A DNA stretch of 64,000 nt, taken from contig JAQBGU010000188.1 in assembly GCA_032128375.1 (NCBI GenBank), positions 1 to 64,000 of the forward strand, given 5' to 3'. This document shows positions 1-9,854 of the stretch, piece after piece. The notes below the pieces were generated by a model. It did not search any database, had not been told where the DNA came from, and worked only from the letters and a program-made list of their open reading frames with translations. How positions within the stretch are numbered: the first letter of the stretch is position 1; each line of letters begins with the position of its first letter. The position numbers and the translations under genes were made by a program. The DNA comes from Deltaproteobacteria bacterium. GTDB lineage: Bacteria > Myxococcota_A > UBA9160 > SMWR01.

Positions 1-286
1 AACGCTTCAGATCCCCACGTTCGTAATGGACAAGAGCCTGTTCCAGTCTCCGAACGCCGATGTACACAGTGCGCGTGCAGAATTCGTCGCGCTGCTCGAG
101 GAGCTGAAGCGGAATCGGGGCGTCGCGGCGATCGACTGGCACGTCCGGTCGTCGTACCCCGGAGCGCGAGCGTTCGAGCAGATGGGTCGAGCCTATCTGG
201 AGATTCTCGACGTATTGGCAGCCGACTCGGAAGTCGCAGTGGGCTCGTGTGCCGAGATCGCCGCGAAATTCGGCGTCACAATCTAG
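1..286 (+). CDS. Polysaccharide deacetylase-like protein, C-terminal part (5' end outside window)
   Basis: Frame reads ...LQIPTFVMDKSLF...GVAAIDWH... to stop at 286. Near-identical to the 3' part of the deacetylase-like ORF at 11089-11970, which has EVGLH, RHHFW and YDTS motifs. Confidence 0.7.
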   Translation, partial: TLQIPTFVMDKSLFQSPNADVHSARAEFVALLEELKRNRGVAAIDWHVRSSYPGARAFEQMGRAYLEILDVLAADSEVAVGSCAEIAAKFGVTI

Positions 287-385
287 TGCTGCAGGTCAAC
301 GCAACCACGCCGTTTCGACTGCCCACTCCGATCATTCCGTGAAACGGCCGAAGTTTCCGCCTCACCGGCGAGCCGTGCGAGAGTC

Positions 386-2434
386 TTGCAAATGATGTTT
401 CGCCGAATCGTCGCGGGATTGGCCGCGGGCACCATCGCGAACTCGATCCAGATGGCGATTTGTCTGGTCGACGCCCGGATTATCACGTTCCCGCTCGTCA
501 TCTCTCATTGGATCTTCGTGTCGCTGTTCCACATCGCAGCTGCGACGTTGTTTGCGCAGGTTTCGAACAATCGGCTCTGGTCGGCGCTGGTTTTCTGGGT
601 TCCCGTCACGTCCGTCGCCGCGCGTGAATTGGATCGTCTCTTCGGAGTATGGGGGGCCATCGCGGGCGCTGTTTGCGCGGCTGTCCTCGGCGCGTGGTGG
701 ACGAAGTTCATCCCGCGGAGAGGCGCGCCGTTCGTATCAGCGGCCGCCGGTGCCATCGTCGGTGCCATGCTCCCTTACATGCACGAGCAGGCATACACAT
801 CCCAGCTCGGGGTCGAATCCCTGGTGGCGCTCGCCACACTGCTGTTCGTTGTCGCCGCACTGGCCGCGTTATTCGCGGGCCGACCCGCGGGTCCACTCGT
901 GCCGAGGATGCCTTGGTCGCTTCGCAGGCTCGCAGGGTTCTCGTTCGCTGGCCTATTGCCGATCCTGTTCACGCATCCTGTGGAGATTCCACCGCCACCC
1001 ACGAGTGAATCGGCATCCGGTCCCTCGACGATCCTGGTCGTACTCGACACGGTGCGCGCCGATCATCTCGAACTCTACGGCTACGAGCGCGAAACCATGC
1101 CCGCCCTGACGCGGTTCGCTCGCGAGAGTGCGGTGCTCGCCGAGCGCGCGATTTCGAACGCCCCGTCCTCACTACCGAGCCACGCGTCGCTGTTCACCGG
1201 CCTCTACCCGGTTCGGCACGGTGCGCACAAACCCTTCCTGAAAGACCCGAATCCGCCTGAGTACGCCTATCGGCTCGACCCGCGTATCCCAACGCTCGCG
1301 ACGATCATGGCGAAGGCGAACTACTGGACCGTCGGAATCAGTGGCAACTCGGGTCCACTCTCCCCGTTCTTCGGGCTCAGTCAGGGATTCCAGGTCTACC
1401 ATGCGATGCCCAGCCCTCGCCGCGCTTTCGTCGCCTTCAGTCCGTGGGGTATCGAGGAGATCTCGAACGTTTGGCTGGAGCGAATCGCACTCGCGTTCAG
1501 CACAGTCCTTCCCTTCACGCGCGACTACCTGCTCGGCGTGCCCTACAAACGCGCCGGAGAAATCACCGATGAAGCCATCAAAGCCATCGAACTCGCGGGC
1601 GACCGGCCGTTCTTGCTGTTTCTCAACTACATGGACGCACACTCGCCGTACTTTCCTCCCGCGAATTTCATCGACCGTTTTCCCGGCCGAAGCTCTTCGC
1701 TGCTCACGAGTGGTTTCGACGAAGCCCGTTGGGAGGCGGTTGTCGACGGTGAAGCGCAGCTCGGCGACGACGAACGTCGCCACTACACCGCGCTCTACGA
1801 TGCAGAACTGAGCTACCTGGACACTGAACTCGACCGCCTGCTCAGCTGGCTACGTCGGCGTCCCGACTGGGACGAGATGCTGATCGTGATCACGTCAGAT
1901 CACGGTGAAGCGATCGGCGACCACGGTGGACTCGAGCACTCCAATAGCCTCTACGACGAGATCACCCATGTGCCTTTGATCGTGAAGCCCGGAATCCGTA
2001 CGCCAGATTCGGCGCCAGCGGGATCGGTTTTGTCGGGGCTGGTCGAATCGGTAGACATCTTCCCGTTGGTCCTCGAGCACTCTGGGCTGCGCGTTCCGAA
2101 CGACATCGACGGAATCGCGTGGGGCGCGGGACGCACTCACGCGTTCGGCTGGCTGTATCCCAGCACGGATCGTCAGAATGCCGAAGAGCTTCGATCCGTT
2201 CAGGGAGGCGGTTGGAAATTGGTGGAATCGTCATCCGGTAAGGTTGAGCTCTATCACGTCGATCGTGACCCTGCAGAGACACTCGATCTGAGCGTTGCCG
2301 AAAGCAAGATTCGATGGAAACTCACGAAGACACTGAACGAGATTCGACACAAGGTCGACCGTCCCCCGAGCCAGACACCGGATCTATCGAAGGAAATGAC
2401 CGATGAGCTCAGAGCCCTGGGATACGTGAAGTAG
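386..2434 (+). CDS. Membrane-anchored sulfatase-like hydrolase/transferase
   Basis: Several N-terminal TM segments, then VVLDTVRADHL, SSLPSHASLFTG, FLNYMDAHSPY, ITSDHGE and C-terminal LRALGYV. Confidence 0.9.
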   Translation: MQMMFRRIVAGLAAGTIANSIQMAICLVDARIITFPLVISHWIFVSLFHIAAATLFAQVSNNRLWSALVFWVPVTSVAARELDRLFGVWGAIAGAVCAAVLGAWWTKFIPRRGAPFVSAAAGAIVGAMLPYMHEQAYTSQLGVESLVALATLLFVVAALAALFAGRPAGPLVPRMPWSLRRLAGFSFAGLLPILFTHPVEIPPPPTSESASGPSTILVVLDTVRADHLELYGYERETMPALTRFARESAVLAERAISNAPSSLPSHASLFTGLYPVRHGAHKPFLKDPNPPEYAYRLDPRIPTLATIMAKANYWTVGISGNSGPLSPFFGLSQGFQVYHAMPSPRRAFVAFSPWGIEEISNVWLERIALAFSTVLPFTRDYLLGVPYKRAGEITDEAIKAIELAGDRPFLLFLNYMDAHSPYFPPANFIDRFPGRSSSLLTSGFDEARWEAVVDGEAQLGDDERRHYTALYDAELSYLDTELDRLLSWLRRRPDWDEMLIVITSDHGEAIGDHGGLEHSNSLYDEITHVPLIVKPGIRTPDSAPAGSVLSGLVESVDIFPLVLEHSGLRVPNDIDGIAWGAGRTHAFGWLYPSTDRQNAEELRSVQGGGWKLVESSSGKVELYHVDRDPAETLDLSVAESKIRWKLTKTLNEIRHKVDRPPSQTPDLSKEMTDELRALGYVK

Positions 2435-2699
2435 ACCTGTTAGTTCATTTCGTGAGAACGCGGCCGCGTCATGCCTGTTCGGCTTCGATGTCCATGAACT
2501 GCTCGAGTTCACTACCGCCTTCCATCCGCCAGCAGCCTGGGGCATCAGATGAAGTTCACGCACGATCCCGAGGCGGGCGCCCGCAGAATCAGCTGGCGAC
2601 GTTGATGGAGTTCGTCGAGAGTGCCTGTTTGGCTGAGATGGGACTCGCGCCATGGAAAACCGGACCCGCTGCGCTCAGGAGCTTCCACTATCTCCTCCT

Positions 2700-2898
2700 A
2701 CTCGATCGTCCAGAGCCTGTGATTGAAGAAGGCCTTCGGAAATACGTTGATCGAGGTGAGTTGGTTTTCGATCAGATCGGTTGCGCGTCGTGCCATACTC
2801 CAACACTCCGGACCGCGGATGGGCCCTTTGCAATGGGCTACATCACGGTCGATATCCAAGCTCTCCAAGGCACAGAGTTCAGTTGCCGGCTCGCGTAG
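2700..2898 (+). pseudogene. Fragment of a di-haem oxidoreductase (DUF1111-like) gene
   Basis: RGELVFDQIGCASCHTPTLRT resembles the C-terminal CxxCH segment of that family. The rest of the protein is absent. Confidence 0.45.
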
Positions 2899-3095
2899 AA
2901 TCACAACCCGATCGATTGCCGACACTCGGTGGTCTGCTATTCGGCCGCGGCCAATAGATCCAACACGCTGGTTCAAGAACCAGCTCTTCGGGAGGAAATC
3001 GGAGCGAGGGGCCGGCGAGCAAGAACTGGGACAGGGTAATCGCCGGGGAGAATCGTGTGATCAACCTGATCGTCTTGTTCAATGGCAAGGATGCT

Positions 3096-4445
3096 TCACG
3101 TGGAAAACCCGCGCCCCAGCTTCACCCGCAGGACGCGGGCCGCCGGCGCCCAGTCGGTGAGTTGGAAGGTGACCAGCCGCCGCGGTGAGAGTCGACTTAC
3201 CCGCACGAATCCGGTGATGGCCACGACGAAGGAGCAGCCGAGCGCGGTCGAGGTGGCCACCGCGGCCCCCAATGCGCCGAACTGGGGGACGAGCACGACA
3301 CTGAGCGATACGGTCACGATGGCTCCGGTGGCGTCGATGGCGGCATTCCACTTCGGCCGTTTGGCGCCGGACATGTAGGTAGAGACCACTCGAACGACCG
3401 AGTATGCGATCGTGCCGGGGATCAAGATCCAGAAGACCGCGACTGCCTCGCGAAACAGCTCGCCAAAGACCAGAGGCAGCAGGGTGGGTGCGGCGAGGCC
3501 GGAGGCAACCGCCGTCGGAGCGGTGATCATGAACACGAGGCGCAACGCACCCGCGACGCGATCGGGAAAAGCCGAGTCGTCGGCGCGGCGCGCAGTCCGT
3601 GCTGTGAGAATCGAAGTCAGCGGCGCCGATAGCATCCACAGGAACGCAGCGGGCCCGAGCGCGGCTGTGTACAGGCCGGTTTCGTGCGCGCCGCCCAGCG
3701 CCGCGAGAACGAAAATGTTCAGGCGCAGATTGGCCTGGACCAGAATCGCGCTCAGGTATTGCCACCCGCCGTATTGAAACATCCCCGAAACTTCGGGGCG
3801 CGCGATGAAGGGCGCCGGGATTGCCCGCAAGAACTCGCGCCCTGCGAGGACGAAGAAGAGCACGAAGGACACCGCGCCGTGCACCGCGAAAGCGATTAGC
3901 ACCGTGTTCAGCGTGACGGCATCACGGAGCCAGAAGAAGGTCAAAACCGCCAGCTGCAGCGCGGTTGCTAGGTTGGTGCCGAAAGTGCTGTAGCCGTAGC
4001 GCTCTAGGCCCATCAGATAGTTCGTCCAGTAGCTCCGGAGAGCCGCGACGAAGATGATGCCCGCGAAGCACGCGATTCCGATCCCGGCCAGTCCGGGTGG
4101 AATGAGCCAGTCGGGATACTCGGTTGCCGCGCAGATGACGACGATGGACGCGCAGATCCCGCCGACCACGAGCGCAAGGGAGGTCGCCGTCTTCAGGATC
4201 GAGCCGCGATCGACCTGCCCGGCCGCGGTCCAGTAGCAAACTGCGTACTCGAAACCGAAGCTGATCAGCGCCGGCAGGACAGCCACCGTCGCGACGACGA
4301 CCCCGTACGCGCCGCGGCCTTCCGGGCCCAGCGTGCGCGCGATGACTACGGATATCCCGAACGTGAGCACGGGCGTCACTACCGCGCTGATGCCCACGAA
4401 GCGCGCGTGATCGTGAAGAGCACGCTCCTGCGGCCGATCACTCAT
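3096..4445 (-). CDS. wzx: Wzx-type polysaccharide flippase (MOP superfamily)
   Basis: About 12 hydrophobic segments; IARTLGPEGRGAYG, ETGLY and LVPQFGALGAAVAT motifs. Confidence 0.88.
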   Translation of the reverse strand: MSDRPQERALHDHARFVGISAVVTPVLTFGISVVIARTLGPEGRGAYGVVVATVAVLPALISFGFEYAVCYWTAAGQVDRGSILKTATSLALVVGGICASIVVICAATEYPDWLIPPGLAGIGIACFAGIIFVAALRSYWTNYLMGLERYGYSTFGTNLATALQLAVLTFFWLRDAVTLNTVLIAFAVHGAVSFVLFFVLAGREFLRAIPAPFIARPEVSGMFQYGGWQYLSAILVQANLRLNIFVLAALGGAHETGLYTAALGPAAFLWMLSAPLTSILTARTARRADDSAFPDRVAGALRLVFMITAPTAVASGLAAPTLLPLVFGELFREAVAVFWILIPGTIAYSVVRVVSTYMSGAKRPKWNAAIDATGAIVTVSLSVVLVPQFGALGAAVATSTALGCSFVVAITGFVRVSRLSPRRLVTFQLTDWAPAARVLRVKLGRGFST

Positions 4446-5193
4446 CGCGCTGTCGCTCGGCCGCGTGGTCGCTGTGCGGGTCTATTCCTTCCGATTTAGA
4501 ACAACGGAGGATGGCGTGGAATCGATACTCGTAGTGCCAGGCGCCAACCGTCTCACATTCGAAACCCTCGCTTGAAGCGAGATCCGCTATCGCGTCGTAG
4601 GTATACCAGAAGCCCATCGTATCGATCGGCACACCATTCCCCAGCTGCGCCCAAATCGCCTTGCTCGTATTGCGCAGATAACGCCACAGCACCCTGGCGA
4701 GCGAGAGCGGCGTCCCTCTCGTACCCCCCAGCCGAAACAGGCGACGGAAGTTGGCGCACGGAATTGAGAAGATCCCGATCGTGCCCCCGGGCTTCAAGAC
4801 CCTCCGACACTCGCGAAGGTGCGCGCCGACCTCTGCCGGATCGAGGTATTGGATCATCCCATTGGACACGATGAGATCTACATTCCTCACGGAACTCGGA
4901 AAGCGGCACGCATCGCCCTGCTCGAACTGTATGTACGACACGCCAGATTCTCTTGCGTGAGTTCTAGCCACGGTCAGCATCGATTCCGAGACGTCGATCC
5001 CGGTTACCTCATCGAAGCGGGGTGCGAGGTAGCGTAGGATCTTTCCGTCGCCGCAGCCGACGTCGAGAATCGTCCCCCCGACCGGAAAAAGACACAGCAT
5101 TTCCTCGGCGATCTTCCGGAAAAATTCCTCGTCCGAGTAACGGGGCTGGGCGTTCGTCCTTCCCGCCCAGTACTCCCGATACAGGTCCGTCAC
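4438..5193 (-). CDS. Class I SAM-dependent methyltransferase
   Basis: ILDVGCGDG motif I, GIDVS, GDA, CRRVLKPGG. Overlaps the wzx start. Confidence 0.9.
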   Translation of the reverse strand: MTDLYREYWAGRTNAQPRYSDEEFFRKIAEEMLCLFPVGGTILDVGCGDGKILRYLAPRFDEVTGIDVSESMLTVARTHARESGVSYIQFEQGDACRFPSSVRNVDLIVSNGMIQYLDPAEVGAHLRECRRVLKPGGTIGIFSIPCANFRRLFRLGGTRGTPLSLARVLWRYLRNTSKAIWAQLGNGVPIDTMGFWYTYDAIADLASSEGFECETVGAWHYEYRFHAILRCSKSEGIDPHSDHAAERQRDE

Positions 5194-5280
5194 AATTTTT
5201 TCCGACTTCGGTTTGGCCGATTGCGTCCGTCAGGAAACACTGGTGTGCGGCGACGGTCACAGTTCTGTTTTGGGGCCGAC

Positions 5281-6018
5281 TCAGCCCGGGCTTGCTTGCG
5301 GCAGCGTCTCGCGAACAAACGCGGTGAACTCGCACCCGACAATGTTCTGATGGTGCCCAACGAGGAAGCCGCGCGCCTCGATGCGATCGCGCCACAGTGA
5401 ATGATGATAGAAGAGCCAGACCTTGCGCGGCGCCTCCCGAAGCGACGCTTCAAGGCGGTCGAGGACTTGGTCTAGCACCTCGGCGCCGAAGGGATTGAAC
5501 AGGAAGACGACATTGTGATCCGCCTCGAACGCGAAGTCCGTAGCATCGCCCTGATGGATCGCGAACTCCAGGTCCGGTTTGCGGCGACGCCGGAACACTT
5601 CGAGGTTCTCGCGAGCCACGCGGCAGACCTCCGGGCAGTAGTCCACGCCCGCGACCCGCGCGAAGCCCTGCTCCGCAGCGATCATCAGGACGCGGCCCTT
5701 ACCGCAGCCGATGTCGACAAAGACACCGTCGCGTGGGAGGTCGATCGAGCGCAAGAACTTGCGCAGAGGCCGGGCGCGGGTCGGCTCGTAGTGAACACCC
5801 TGACACAGGTTCTCACTGGTCACGTCTCCCATCTCGGACACTTCGATGAGGTCTGCGGTGTCCACACCGTGAATCGGGTCGTACAACCGATCGAACAGCT
5901 TACTGGCGCGAACCGTCAGCGCACGGAACTCCGCGCGAGCGGTCTCGCCCATTCCCTGTTCCCGCATCTCGGCAGTTACACGGCGCGCGAGCCTCCTGGC
6001 ACGGGCTAGATCGTACAC
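5281..6018 (-). CDS. Class I SAM-dependent methyltransferase
   Basis: YEPT, FVDIGCGKGRVL, FLFNPF. GTG at 6018 chosen because it follows GAGGAG; the ORF track extends to 6063. Confidence 0.88.
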   Translation of the reverse strand: MYDLARARRLARRVTAEMREQGMGETARAEFRALTVRASKLFDRLYDPIHGVDTADLIEVSEMGDVTSENLCQGVHYEPTRARPLRKFLRSIDLPRDGVFVDIGCGKGRVLMIAAEQGFARVAGVDYCPEVCRVARENLEVFRRRRKPDLEFAIHQGDATDFAFEADHNVVFLFNPFGAEVLDQVLDRLEASLREAPRKVWLFYHHSLWRDRIEARGFLVGHHQNIVGCEFTAFVRETLPQASPG

Positions 6019-6022
6019 GCGC

Positions 6023-6310
6023 TCATCGCTCCTCAGCCGATCCGGAGGCGGCCTGATCCTCAATGAAGCGACCCAGTGGACCGACGACCGAAAATTCCTC
6101 CGGATCCAGCTTTTCCAGATCGAGGATGATCCCGAAGTGATCTTCCAGTGCCGTCATCATCTCCATGATCCCGAGAGAATCGACGATGCCCTCGGCGAAC
6201 AGATCGAATTCGGGCCCGACATCGCCTGGTTTCACGCCCGACTTGGACAGCGGTTTGGCGAACCGAGCAATCAGAAACTCGTGAACCGCATCGGCGGTAA
6301 CCCGTCTCAC
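6023..6310 (-). CDS. Acyl/aminoacyl carrier protein (DltC-like)
   Basis: 95 aa, acidic, DLFAEGIVDSLGIM phosphopantetheine site. Overlaps the stop of the adenylation enzyme. Confidence 0.9.
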   Translation of the reverse strand: MRRVTADAVHEFLIARFAKPLSKSGVKPGDVGPEFDLFAEGIVDSLGIMEMMTALEDHFGIILDLEKLDPEEFSVVGPLGRFIEDQAASGSAEER

Positions 6311-7911
6311 TCCATCCCTTCGAGCAACTTCGCCAGCGCGTTTCTGTCGGTTTTTCCGTTCGCGTTGAGGGGCAGATCGTACTTGAGGTGGATCGTTCGG
6401 GGCACCATGTAGTGCGGGAGGCGCGCGCCGACTCTTGCGAGTAAATCGTCGGCGTCCAGTTTCTCGTCCGCAACAAAGGCAACCAACGCGTTCGCCCCGC
6501 TCGGCGTCCTCGGCCAGCCCAGGGCGATGGCCACGTCCGCTCCCGATTCCTCTCTCAATACCGCTTCCACTTCACCGAGCTCGACACGATGTCCGAGGAT
6601 CTTGATCTGGTGGTCCATCCTTCCGAGGTAATGCATGGGTCTTCCCTCGGAGGGCTTCCGCACGCGGTCACCGGTAGCGTAGTAGAATCCGGGGTTCCCC
6701 GGCAGACGAAGAAAGGCCGCTTGGGTCTGTGTGTCGTCCTGCCAATAGCCCACGGTGACCTGTGGCCCGCACATCAGAAGCTGTCCTTCGGCCCCGGACT
6801 CAACCTCGTTGAGGTCGGCGTCGACGACAAGAGCGCTCGTCGACGGCAATGGATCGCCGATCGGCACAAGACCGCCCTGGCACTCCGCTTCAGAGCGCGT
6901 TGGATGCCAGCGATAGACCATGCACGCAATCGTCACTTCGGTGGGTCCGTAGAGGTTCTCGAGAGTCGAACTGGACGCTGCCAGCGACCAGACTCGCGCG
7001 ACCTCTGCAGGCAGGGGTTCGCCACAGAACAGGCTCCAACGCAGCTCCGGGTACTGATCCGGCTTCAGCGACCCGAACCGCCGCATGAAGATCGCCGAGG
7101 ACGGCACCGAGAACCACACCGAGATCGACGACTCTCGGATGAAGTTGCCCGGATTCAGGAGGGTCTTCGCCGTCGGACAGCAGAGGCAGGCGCCGCGCTC
7201 CCAGCAGACGAACATGTCGAACACCGAGAGGTCGAAGGTCAGATCGAAGGTTTGAGAGAATCGGTCCACCTCGGTGATCCCGTAGCGCTCTACCATGACG
7301 TCGATGAAGGAGATCACGTTCGCATGGGACACCATCACGCCCTTGGGAACGCCCGTGCTCCCAGACGTAAACAGGAGATATGCAATCGCGTCGGGAGCAA
7401 CGTCGACGGGCACCCACGCTCCTGCATCCACGAGATCGGTCGCACCGACGACGGTGTGGTTCGGCAAGCGCCTCGCGAGCGACGATACGTCTTCCAGATC
7501 GGGAACGATAATGAGCATGGGGCGGGTGACGCCGTCCATTAGTTCATTGAACCGCTCCACCGATTCCGCGTCTACGATGATGGATCGGCACGCGGATCGC
7601 TCCAGCATTCTGCGCGACCGCTCCGGCGGGTAGTTCGGATTCAAGGGCACATACCCGTCGCCAGCTAGCAACGCTCCGAGGACCCCCACGAAGGCGGTCT
7701 CCGAACGCGCTGCGAACACGGCGGTGAGCGGCGGATCTGCCGATTCGGGCCGTTTCGCGAGGGTCGCAGCGACCGAAGCAGCCTTTGTGCGAAGCTCTGC
7801 GTACGTGAGAGTGCGTCCCAGGACTTCGAGTGCGGGTCGGTCCGGATGGCGCTCAGCGGCGAGAAGGAACCCCGTTCGCAGGGTTCGAATACCGGTTCCT
7901 ACCGCGTTCAT
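6307..7911 (-). CDS. Stand-alone amino acid adenylation enzyme (DltA-like)
   Basis: LTYAEL, YLLFTSGSTGVPKG, FDLSV, LFCGE, NLYGPTE, YATGD, QIKILGHRVELGEVE, LNANGKTDR. No condensation or thioesterase domain. Confidence 0.92.
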   Translation of the reverse strand: MNAVGTGIRTLRTGFLLAAERHPDRPALEVLGRTLTYAELRTKAASVAATLAKRPESADPPLTAVFAARSETAFVGVLGALLAGDGYVPLNPNYPPERSRRMLERSACRSIIVDAESVERFNELMDGVTRPMLIIVPDLEDVSSLARRLPNHTVVGATDLVDAGAWVPVDVAPDAIAYLLFTSGSTGVPKGVMVSHANVISFIDVMVERYGITEVDRFSQTFDLTFDLSVFDMFVCWERGACLCCPTAKTLLNPGNFIRESSISVWFSVPSSAIFMRRFGSLKPDQYPELRWSLFCGEPLPAEVARVWSLAASSSTLENLYGPTEVTIACMVYRWHPTRSEAECQGGLVPIGDPLPSTSALVVDADLNEVESGAEGQLLMCGPQVTVGYWQDDTQTQAAFLRLPGNPGFYYATGDRVRKPSEGRPMHYLGRMDHQIKILGHRVELGEVEAVLREESGADVAIALGWPRTPSGANALVAFVADEKLDADDLLARVGARLPHYMVPRTIHLKYDLPLNANGKTDRNALAKLLEGME

Positions 7912-7962
7912 CGACCGACGCCCAACTCGCGAGGCGGGCACGGGGACCGCGCCGGCCTCGAG

Positions 7963-8562
7963 CTAGAGGTTGAACAGCAGATCGAATTCAAGCGACTCCT
8001 CCGACCAGCAGCGGCTATCGATTGCCTTGACGTACATCTTCTCCTGCCAGCGGCGCCGCACGAGACCGGCCAGACGCGTCCACAGCCTTGCGCTGCCTCC
8101 GCTCTGGTCGAGCGTCGCGGTGTCGAGCCGCATTCGCGCACCGTCTCGCTCGCAGCGGGCCGCGATGGCGTTGAGTACCGCCAGCCCTTCGCGACGATCT
8201 GCACCCAGATGCCACACCAGCAGCTCGCGCTTGTGTTCCGAACAGGCGACGATCGCGAATCGATCCGGGCTCTCCGCAGGAGTGTAGATTTCGAGGCGCC
8301 CCATCGATCGCTCCCAGCGGAGCGTTTCGACGTCGCGGGAGACGCCCCAGCCCGACCGGTCGGCCCGGTCGGCCCTTGCCACCGCATCGAATTGAGCATC
8401 GACGAACTCCGGAACGTCAACCCGCACCTGTGGGGCGCCGTACAGTGCCAACCCCAACCCCAAAGATCGCCGTAGACAGCGTTGACCGAACTGGCCCACC
8501 CGCCCGGCCAGCGCTCGCCTGTCGGACCGCTCCGCGCCCGAGGCCGCGCTGGGCAGCGTCAA
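7963..8562 (-). CDS. Probable C-terminal half of a split GNAT-fold protein
   Basis: The frame starts exactly where 8559-9038 stops (CGT-TGA / TTG overlap). One extra T would fuse them into about 360 aa. Confidence 0.5.
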   Translation of the reverse strand: MTLPSAASGAERSDRRALAGRVGQFGQRCLRRSLGLGLALYGAPQVRVDVPEFVDAQFDAVARADRADRSGWGVSRDVETLRWERSMGRLEIYTPAESPDRFAIVACSEHKRELLVWHLGADRREGLAVLNAIAARCERDGARMRLDTATLDQSGGSARLWTRLAGLVRRRWQEKMYVKAIDSRCWSEESLEFDLLFNL

Positions 8563-9038
8563 CGATAATAGTGATCACGGTCGATCGAGATTTCCGAGAA
8601 GCCGAGCATGCGCTGGAGAATCGCACCTATCGTCGGTGTCGTGATGTCGAAGAGAAACTCGACGCCGTCGTCGAACGCGCTCTCGTAGGCCTGCCGGATC
8701 AGCGCGATGCCGATGGGTACCTGCCGTGCGCCGAGCTTCACGGTGAAATTGCGGTATGCCTCGTCGAGAAACAGCGCTTCGGCCTTGGCCGAAAAGACGC
8801 GATCGGCACCCTGGCGAAGCCGGAAGGGGATCGCGGAATTGTGTCCGATCGCACGATCCCCATCACGAGCGAAGACGTGGAATGAGAATCCGTAGACGTT
8901 CTCGTTGAACATTCTGCGGCAGAAGTCGAGCGATCGGTAGCGCGGGTCGAACTGTCCCGCGGTCTCCCCAATGTCCCGAATGTGCGCGTCGTCAAGGGGG
9001 CCCTTCACGATCTCGAGATGGGCAGCCATGGCTTGCAT
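8559..9038 (-). CDS. GNAT-fold acyltransferase, N-terminal half
   Basis: FNENVYG, VFARDGDRAIGH, LFLDEAYR...IGIALIRQ and ILQRMLGF resemble GNAT motifs A and B. Confidence 0.6.
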   Translation of the reverse strand: MQAMAAHLEIVKGPLDDAHIRDIGETAGQFDPRYRSLDFCRRMFNENVYGFSFHVFARDGDRAIGHNSAIPFRLRQGADRVFSAKAEALFLDEAYRNFTVKLGARQVPIGIALIRQAYESAFDDGVEFLFDITTPTIGAILQRMLGFSEISIDRDHYYR

Positions 9039-9854
9039 GTTCTCATCTCAGATCGGTTCGTGTCCAGCCGAAATCGCGCTGGGTCCCCGATTCCGCCCCA
9101 TCATCTCCGCGGGAATGCCGGTTCGGCTGGTGAGCAGCCTTCGGAACGACCGACCGAATGCGGCAAGAAGCGAACACAGACACCTATCGAGCGGCAGCAG
9201 CGCATCCATGTGTTGGATTTGATTCGAGATTCTTTCGCCGAGGGAGTCGGCGGTGTCATGCCGTGCGAGGTGACCGGGATCTCAAGAGAGCCGGTTTTTT
9301 GCCTTTGTTTGCCACGTAGCGCGCCGAAACACCACTTCCCTACAAGCGCGACGGCTCTAGCTTGACAAACCCGAGCCGAGGCAAGGAGGCGCCCATGCAA
9401 CTGACGCAAACGAGATATTCGCGGTGGTGGAACTTCTGGCAACTCGCCCCGCGGAGCGCGGAAGCTACCGCGCTACAGGATCAAGTTGGCTTCGGAAACT
9501 CTGTGAGCGGAGAGCGACCACTATTCCTTCGCCTGTGTCAGCAAGATCGCGCGGTCAATGACATTGACGAGCAGCTTCGCAGCCCACTCGCGAAGTTTCT
9601 GCTTGGTCAGCTCGACTAACCAACCGGAGACGGCACGGACCAGCGTGCAAGAATGGTCCTCAGGCCTCGGTCGCCTATCGGGACGCCGGACATTCGCTCT
9701 CCACGCAATTGTGGGTCGGGTCTCCCTGGGCAGTTGCCCGCCCACGGGGTGAAGCTGGGGCGCTGGGTTTCCACGCAAGCAGCCGTGGCCGCATGACCTT
9801 CCCGTAAGCAGACCGAAGATGGGGTATGGCTTCACGCCGGATGGCGACGACGGG

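Noticed and set aside
2452..2898. Intact c-type cytochrome
   Set aside because: There is no signal peptide and only a short stretch around CASCH looks conserved, so I treated it as a remnant.
5281..6018. DOT1-like histone methyltransferase acting on the histone at 61.5 kb
   Set aside because: The resemblance is limited to generic class I motifs. The gene is embedded in the ACP/wzx operon 55 kb away.
6023..7911. NRPS secondary-metabolite cluster
   Set aside because: No condensation, thioesterase or KS domain is present, and the context is polysaccharide biosynthesis.
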